Part shown: positions 56,811 to 64,000 of the stretch, piece by piece | Layout of the letters: every line of letters starts with the position of its first letter | Position numbering within the stretch: position 1 is the first letter of the stretch | Assembly: GCA_964016885.1 (NCBI GenBank) | Contig: OZ024749.1 | Span: forward strand, 29,512,001 to 29,576,000 | Length of the DNA stretch: 64,000 nt | Source of the DNA: Eledone cirrhosa | Taxonomy: Eukaryota | Direction: 5' to 3' | The notes under the pieces: model-generated | Told to the model about the DNA's origin: nothing | What the model saw: the letters and a program-made list of their open reading frames with translations, nothing else | Database searches by the model: none | Position numbers and translations under genes: made by a program

Positions 56811-57077
56811 TGACCAGGTGGCATGTGTCCTTGAGCAAGATTCTTCATTTCACATTGTTTTTCGCGACAGGACTGGTGCCCCTATTATGAAAACTCCAAA
56901 GCAGCCACGTATGAGATAGAACCTTCTAAACTCACATAGGTGTGAGTTGTAATAACAGAATGATAGGACTTGGGAGCCCTAAAATCGGAATACCCCCCCA
57001 AAACCTCCTATGATATACCTTATAGGAGGTCAGTTAAACCTACATAGGTGCGAACTGTAACAGCAACAACATGATAG

Positions 57078-60000
57078 GCCATGCTGGGGCCCAAAACTCT
57101 TTTACTGGTTTCAGTTAGTAAACTACGGCCATGCTGGGGGCACCAAACTCTTTTATTGGTTTCTGTCATTAGACTGCGGCCATGCTGGGGCACCAAGCTC
57201 TGTTACTGGTTTCAGTTAGTAAACTACGGCGATGCTGGGGCACCAAACTCTTTTATTGGTTTCTGTCATTAGACTGCGGCCATGCTGGGGCACCAAACTC
57301 TTTTACTGGTTTCAGTTAGTAAACTACGGACATGCTGGGGCCCAAAACTCTTTTACTGGTTTCAGTTAGTAAACTACGGCCATGCTGGGACACCAAACTC
57401 TTTTATTGGTTTCTGTCATTAGACTGCGGCCATGCTGGGGCACCAAACTCTTTTACTGGTTTCAGTTAGTAAACTACGGTCATGCTGGGGCACCAAACTC
57501 TTTTATTGGTTTCTGTCATTAGACTGCGGCCATGCTGGGGCACCAAACTCTTTTACTGGTTTCAGTTAGTAAACTACGGCCATGCTGGGGCCCAAAACTC
57601 TTTTACTGGTTTCAGTTAGTAAACTACGGCCATGCTGGGACACCAAACTCTTTTATTGGTTTCTGTCATTAGACTGCGGCCATGCTGGGGCACCAAACTC
57701 TTTTACTGGTTTCAGTTAGTAAACTACGGCCATGCTGGGGCACCAAACTCTTTTATTGGTTTCTGTCATTAGACTGCGGCCATGCTGGGGCACCAAACTC
57801 TTTTATGGTTTCTGTCATTAGACTGCGGCCATGATGGGGCCCAAAACTCTTTTACTGGTTTCAGTTAGTAAACTACGGCCATGCTGGGACACCAAACTCT
57901 TTTATTGGTTTCTGTCATTAGACTGCGGCCATGCTGGGGCACCAAACTCTTTTATTGGTTTCTGTCATTAGACTGCGGCCATGCTGGGGCCCAAAACTCT
58001 TTTACTGGTTTCTGTCATTAGACTGCGCCCATACTGGGGCACCAAACTCTTTTATTGGTTTCTGTCATTAGACTGCGGCCATGCTGGGGCACCAAACTCT
58101 TTTATTGGTTTCTGTCATTAGATTGCGGCCATGCTGGGGCACCAAACTCTTTTATTGGTTTCTGTCATTAGACTGCGGCCATGCTGGGGCACCAAACTCT
58201 TTTATTGGTTTCAGTCATTAGACTGCGGCCATGCTGGGACCCCAAATTCTTTTATTGGTTTCTGTCATTAGACTGCGGCCATGCTGGGGCACCAAACTCT
58301 TTTATTGGTTTCTGTCATTAGACTGCGGCCATGCTGGGGCACCAAACTCTTTTATTGGTTTCTGTCATTAGACTGCGGCCATGCTGGGGCCCAAAACTCT
58401 TTTACTGGTTTCAGTTAGTAAACTACGGCCATGCTGGGACACCAAACTCTTTTATTGGTTTCTGTCATTAGACTGCGGCCATGCTGGGGCACCAAACTCT
58501 TTTATTGGTTTCTGTCATTAGACTGCGGCCATGCTGGGGCCCAAAACTCTTTTACTGGTTTCAGTTAGTAAACTACGGCCATGCTGGGGCCCAAAACTCT
58601 TTTACTGTTTCAGTTAGTAAACTACGGCCATGCTGGGACACCAAACTCTTTTATTGGTTTCTGTCATTAGACTGCGGCCATGCTGGGGCACCAAACTCTT
58701 TTACTGGTTTCAGTTAGTAAACTATGGCCATGCTGGGACACCAAACTCTTTTATTGGTTTCTGTCATTAGACTGCGGCCATGCTGGGGCACCAAACTCTT
58801 TTATTGGTTTCTGTCATTAGACTGCGGCCATGCTGGGGCCCAAAACTCTTTTACTGGTTTCTGTCATTAGACTGCGGCCATACTGGGGCACCAAACTCTT
58901 TTATTGGTTTCTGTCATTAGACTGCGGCCATGCTGGGGCACCAAACTCTTTTATTGGTTTCTGTCATTAGACTGCGGCCATGCTGGGGCACCAAACTCTT
59001 TTATTGGTTTCTGTCATTAGACTGCGGCCATGCTGGGGCCCCAAACTCTTTTATTGGTTTCTGTCATTAGACTGCGGCCATGCTGGGGCACCAAACTCTT
59101 TTATTGGTTTCTGTCATTAGACTGCGGCCATGCTGGGGCACCAAACTCTTTTATTGGTTTCTGTCATTAGACTGCGGCCATGCTGGGGCCCAAAACTCTT
59201 TTACTGGTTTCAGTTAGTAAACTACGGCCATGCTGGGACACCAAACTCTTTTATTGGTTTCTGTCATTAGACTGCGGCCATGCTGGGGCACCAAACTCTT
59301 TTATTGGTTTCTGTCATTAGACTGCGGCCATGCTGGGGCCCAAAACTCTTTTACTGGTTTCAGTTAGTAAACTACGGCCATGCTGGGGCCCAAAACTCTT
59401 TTACTGGTTTCAGTTAGTAAACTACGGCCATGCTGGGACACCAAACTCTTTTATTGGTTTCTGTCATTAGACTGCGGCCATGCTGGGGCACCAAACTCTT
59501 TTACTGGTTTCAGTTAGTAAACTACAGCCATGCTGGGGCACCAAACTCTTTTATTGGTTTCTGTCATTAGACTGCGGCCATGCTGGGGCACCAAACTCTT
59601 TTATTGGTTTCTGTCATTAGACTGCGGCCATGCTGAGGCCCAAAACTCTTTTACTGGTTTCAGTTAGTAAACTACGGCCATGCTGGGACACCAAACTCTT
59701 TTATTGGTTTCTGTCATTAGACTGCGGCCATGCTGGGGCACCAAACTCTTTTATTGGTTTCTGTCATTAGACTGCGGCCATGCTGGGGCCCAAAACTCTT
59801 TTACTGGTTTCTGTCATTAGACTGCGGCCATGCTGGGACCCAAAACTCTTTTACTGGTTTCAGTTAGTAAACTACGGCCATGCTGGGACACCAAACTCTT
59901 TTATTGGTTTCTGTCATTAGACTGCGGCCATGCTGGGGCACCAAACTCTTTTATTGGTTTCTGTCATTAGACTGCGGCCATGCTGGGGCCCAAAACTCTT

Positions 60001-61292
60001 TTACTGGTTTCTGTCATTAGACTGCGGCCATGCTGGGGCACCAAACTCTTTTATTGGTTTCTGTCATTAGACTGCGGCCATGCTGGGGCACCAAACTCTT
60101 TTATTGGTTTCTGTCATTAGACTGCGGCCATGCTGGGGCACCAAACTCTTTTATTGGTTTCTGTCATTAGACTGCGGCCATGCTGGGACCCCAAACTCTT
60201 TTATTGGTTTCTGTCATTAGACTGCGGCCATGCTGGGGCACCAAACTCTTTTATTGGTTTCTTTCATTAGACTGCGGCCATGCTGGGGCCCAAAACTCTT
60301 TTACTGGTTTCAGTTAGTAAACTACGGCCATGCTGGGACACCAAACTCTTTTATTGGTTTCTGTCATTAGACTGCGGCCATGCTGGGTCACCAAACTCTT
60401 TTATTGGTTTCTGTCATTAGACTGCGGCCATGCTGGGGCCCAAAACTCTTTTACTGGTTTCAGTTAGTAAACTACGGCCATGCTGGGACACCAAACTCTT
60501 TTATTGGTTTCTGTCATTAGACTGCGGCCATGCTGGGGCACCAAACTCTTTTATTGGTTTCTGTCATTAGACTGCGGCCATGCTGGGGCCCAAAACTCTT
60601 TTACTGGTTTCAGTTAGTAAACTACGGCCATGCTGGGACACCAAACTCTTTTATTGGTTTCTGTCATTAGACTGCGGCCATGCTGGGGCACCAAACTCTT
60701 TTATTGGTTTCTGTCATTAGACTGCGGCCATGATGGGGCCCAAAACTCTTTTATTGGTTTCTGTCATTAGACTGCGGCCATGCTGGGGCACCAAACTCTT
60801 TTATTGGTTTCTGTCATTAGACTGCGGCCATGCTGGGGCACCAAACTCTTTTATTGGTTTCTGTCATTAGACTGCGGCCACGCTGGGGCCCAAAACTCTT
60901 TTACTGGTTTCAGTTAGTAAACTACGGCCATGCTGGGACACCAAACTCTTTTATTGGTTTCTGTCTTTAGACTGCGGCCATGCTGGGACCCCAAACTCTT
61001 TTACTGGTTTTAGTCATTTGACTGCGGCCATGCTGGGACCCCAAACTCTTTTACTGGTTTTAGTCATTAGACTGCGGCATGCTGGGACCCCAAACTCTTT
61101 TACTGGTTTTAGTCATTAGACTGCGGCATTACCTGGGACACCTAACTCTTTTACTGGTTTCTGTCATTAGACTGCGGCCATGCTGGGACCTCAAACTCTT
61201 TTACTGGCCTTAGTCATTAGACTGCGGCATTACCTGGGACCCAGGCTCTTTTACTGGCTTTAATCATTAAATTGCGGCCATGCTGGGGCACC
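57078..61292 (+). repeat. 50-bp SINE-derived satellite, ~84 copies, with two unit variants
   Basis: GCCATGCTGGGGCACCAAACTCTTTTATTGGTTTCTGTCATTAGACTGCG; variant B carries CAGTTAGTAAACTACG. Confidence 0.97.
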
Positions 61293-61555
61293 ATATTGTT
61301 TTATTGTTTTTAGTGATTGATTAGACTCCGACCCTGGTGGCTGAAAGTGACTGCTATTTCTAGCAGGTAGTCCAACCACAGAGATGTCTCTTAAGCTGGT
61401 TGGTCTAGTGTCTGTGGTGTGGGTAAGGTGGAGGGTGAGGTGGTAGGTAACACTGACAGGTGGCAGGTGCAGGTGGCGGCGGCGGAAATCTTTCTGTAAG
61501 AGTTGAACCATTCCTTGTTCTTTGTATGAATTCTTCTCATTGATTTTAATGTGGA

Positions 61556-62231
61556 CACAACATATAAATAGATTTATATAACAACAACAACAGCAACAAC
61601 AACAACAACAACAGCAGCAGCAACATATAAACACATTTATATAACAACAACAACAATGACAATAACAGCAACATATAAATAGATTTATATAACAACAACA
61701 ACAGCAACAACAACAACAACAACAGCAACATATAAATACATTTATATAACAACAACAACAATAACAATAACAGCAACATATAAATAGATTTATATAATAA
61801 TAACAACAGCAACAACAACAATAGCAACATATAAACAGATTTATAATACACAACAGCAACAACAACAGCAGCAACAACATCTCAACAACATATAAACAGA
61901 TTTATATAACAACAACAACAACAGCAACAGCAACAGCAAAAACAGCAACAATAACAGCAACAATAACAGCAATAACAACATATAAACAGATTTATATATT
62001 ATCATCATCATCATCATCAACAACAATAACAGCATATAAACAGATTTACATAGCAACAGAAACAATAAAAACAACAACAGCAACAACAACAACTATTCCG
62101 GCAAAAATACAGTTACATTTACATAGCAACAATAACAATAGTTAGCAACAATAACCACAACAATAACCACAACAGCAACAACTTCAACACACACACACAC
62201 AGACAGACACAGACACACACGCATACACACA

Positions 62232-62274
<43 letters not shown>

Positions 62275-62288
62275 ACACAGACACACAC

Positions 62289-62326
<38 letters not shown>

Positions 62327-62340
62327 AGACACAGGCACAG

Positions 62341-62406
<66 letters not shown>

Positions 62407-62477
62407 ACACACAGACACAGACACAGACGCACACACACACACACACACAGACACAGACACAGACGCACACACAGACA

Positions 62478-62527
<50 letters not shown>

Positions 62528-62776
62528 AATAACATCAGCAACAACAACCACATCATCACCACCATCACCACCAGCACCACCACCAGCACCACCACCAACA
62601 CCACCACCATCACCACCAGCACCACCACCAGCACCACCACCAACACCACCACCATCACCACCAGCACCACCACCACCAGCACCACCACCAGCACCAGCAC
62701 CACCACCACCAACAACACCAGCAATGACAACAACTTAATCCTCACGACTACTACCACCACCACCACCACCACCACC

Positions 62777-62807
<31 letters not shown>

Positions 62808-62845
62808 CCACCACCACCACCACCACCAACAATAACAACACCAAT
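61556..62845. repeat. (CAA/CAG)-based minisatellite followed by (CA)n and (CAC)n tracts
   Basis: CAACATATAAA(C/T)AGATTTATATAA recurs between CAA runs. Confidence 0.92.
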
Positions 62846-63679
62846 AATAAAAGATATAATAAATATAAAGTATAAAATAAATAAGGTAAAAGACAAAAGC
62901 GGACTTAGTCCTGTCATGAAACCCCAGCTCAGAATCTCATGAAACAAAGTGTAAAATGTAATTATGGCAGATAAATCAATTATATACCAGAAATAATTGC
63001 TTCTACTTTTGGCACAAGGCTAGCAAAATACCCCAGTGTATTACTGGTACTTTATTTTCTCGACCCTGTAAGAAAGAAAGACAAAGTTAACCTCGGCGAG
63101 ATTTGAATTCAGACCGGAACGCAAAGGGCCATAACTTTATGCTGCAAAGCATGATGATACAAATTAATATGAAATAATGAAAGGCAAAGCTAAACTCGGC
63201 AGCATTTGAACTCGGATTGCAAAGGCCCGTAAACCTATGCCATAAAGCATGTTGTCCGACGCTCTATCGATTCTGCCAAACCGACGTTCTAACGACTCTA
63301 TTAATTGGTTGCACACGAACTTAGTAAAATTGTTCACTAGTTGACTCAACAATTCTCGTTAATTGCTCTTGAATGTCCTTGAAAGTCTTCTTTCCTCAGG
63401 TGGTTTAAGATCACTCAAGTGTTTTATTTTAATGGCTTTCAAAAGGAGTAAAAGCGTTATTGTCCTTCAAAAGAAAAACAACCCCAAAACGTTTTAGCTT
63501 CATTTCAAATGCTTCGATGTTCTCAAGCAAAATATTTAAGACTTTTAATAAGATCCCTGTAAATTGATGGATTTATTTCAACATGAAATAATTTCTGTTA
63601 AAAAATATCAAACAAGAAATACACTCAAGAAATACACTCAACGTGAGATAGATTTCTTAACAACTCAGAGATCACAATA

Positions 63680-64000
63680 ATACACACATACTCCCCCCTC
63701 CGATCCTTTCTTTACACATACTGCCCCCCCCCCCCCCCCTGATCCATTCCTTACACACATTGCACCTCCTCCCCCCTGATCCTTTCTTTACACATGCTGC
63801 ACCCCCCTGATCCTTTCTTTACACATACTTCCTCCCCGATCCTTTCCTTACACATATATTGCCATACCTGATCCTTTCCTTACACACATACTACCCTCCT
63901 GATCTTTTCCTTACATACATACTACCCCGCTGATCCTTTCCTTACACACATGCTGCCCCCTCCTGATCCTTTCTTTACACACATACTGCTACCCCCTGAT
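63680..64000. repeat. ~30-bp minisatellite (CTGATCCTTTCCTTACACACATACTACCCC) running off the window
   Basis: Directly visible. Confidence 0.9.

Noticed and set aside
57078-61292. CRISPR-like appearance of the regular arrays (also 34090-37950 and 27734-27993)
   Set aside because: No unique spacers, no cas genes, eukaryotic context; these are tandem satellites.

Overview
AT-rich, extremely repeat-dense eukaryotic DNA. The SINE, CR1 and microsatellite repertoire suggests an octopod cephalopod, which is an inference. Nearly all ORFs in the supplied track are microsatellite artefacts. One host gene can be rebuilt by hand: a 4-exon, 104-aa TMEM14-family gene on the minus strand (CDS 12000 to 4927) with a CpG-richer promoter-like island upstream. 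The rest is mobile DNA: a near full-length but frameshifted L1/Tx1-type LINE (minus), a truncated R4/Dong-type LINE (plus) sharing a (TAA)n site with it, a deleted Tc1/mariner, CR1 tails, tRNA/Nin-type SINEs, Helitron ends and satellites of 30, 50, 90 and 100 bp. The most interesting signal is a set of short non-coding elements embedded in (TA)n tracts, many built as fold-backs or tandems. They carry minimal type I hammerhead-ribozyme motifs (CUGANGA...GAAA-palindrome-UH) whose stems differ between families but still pair. One copy keeps a Penelope-like GIY-YIG C-terminal motif, which points to a diverse (TA)n-targeting Penelope/retrozyme-like system. Ribozyme activity and novelty cannot be established from sequence alone.
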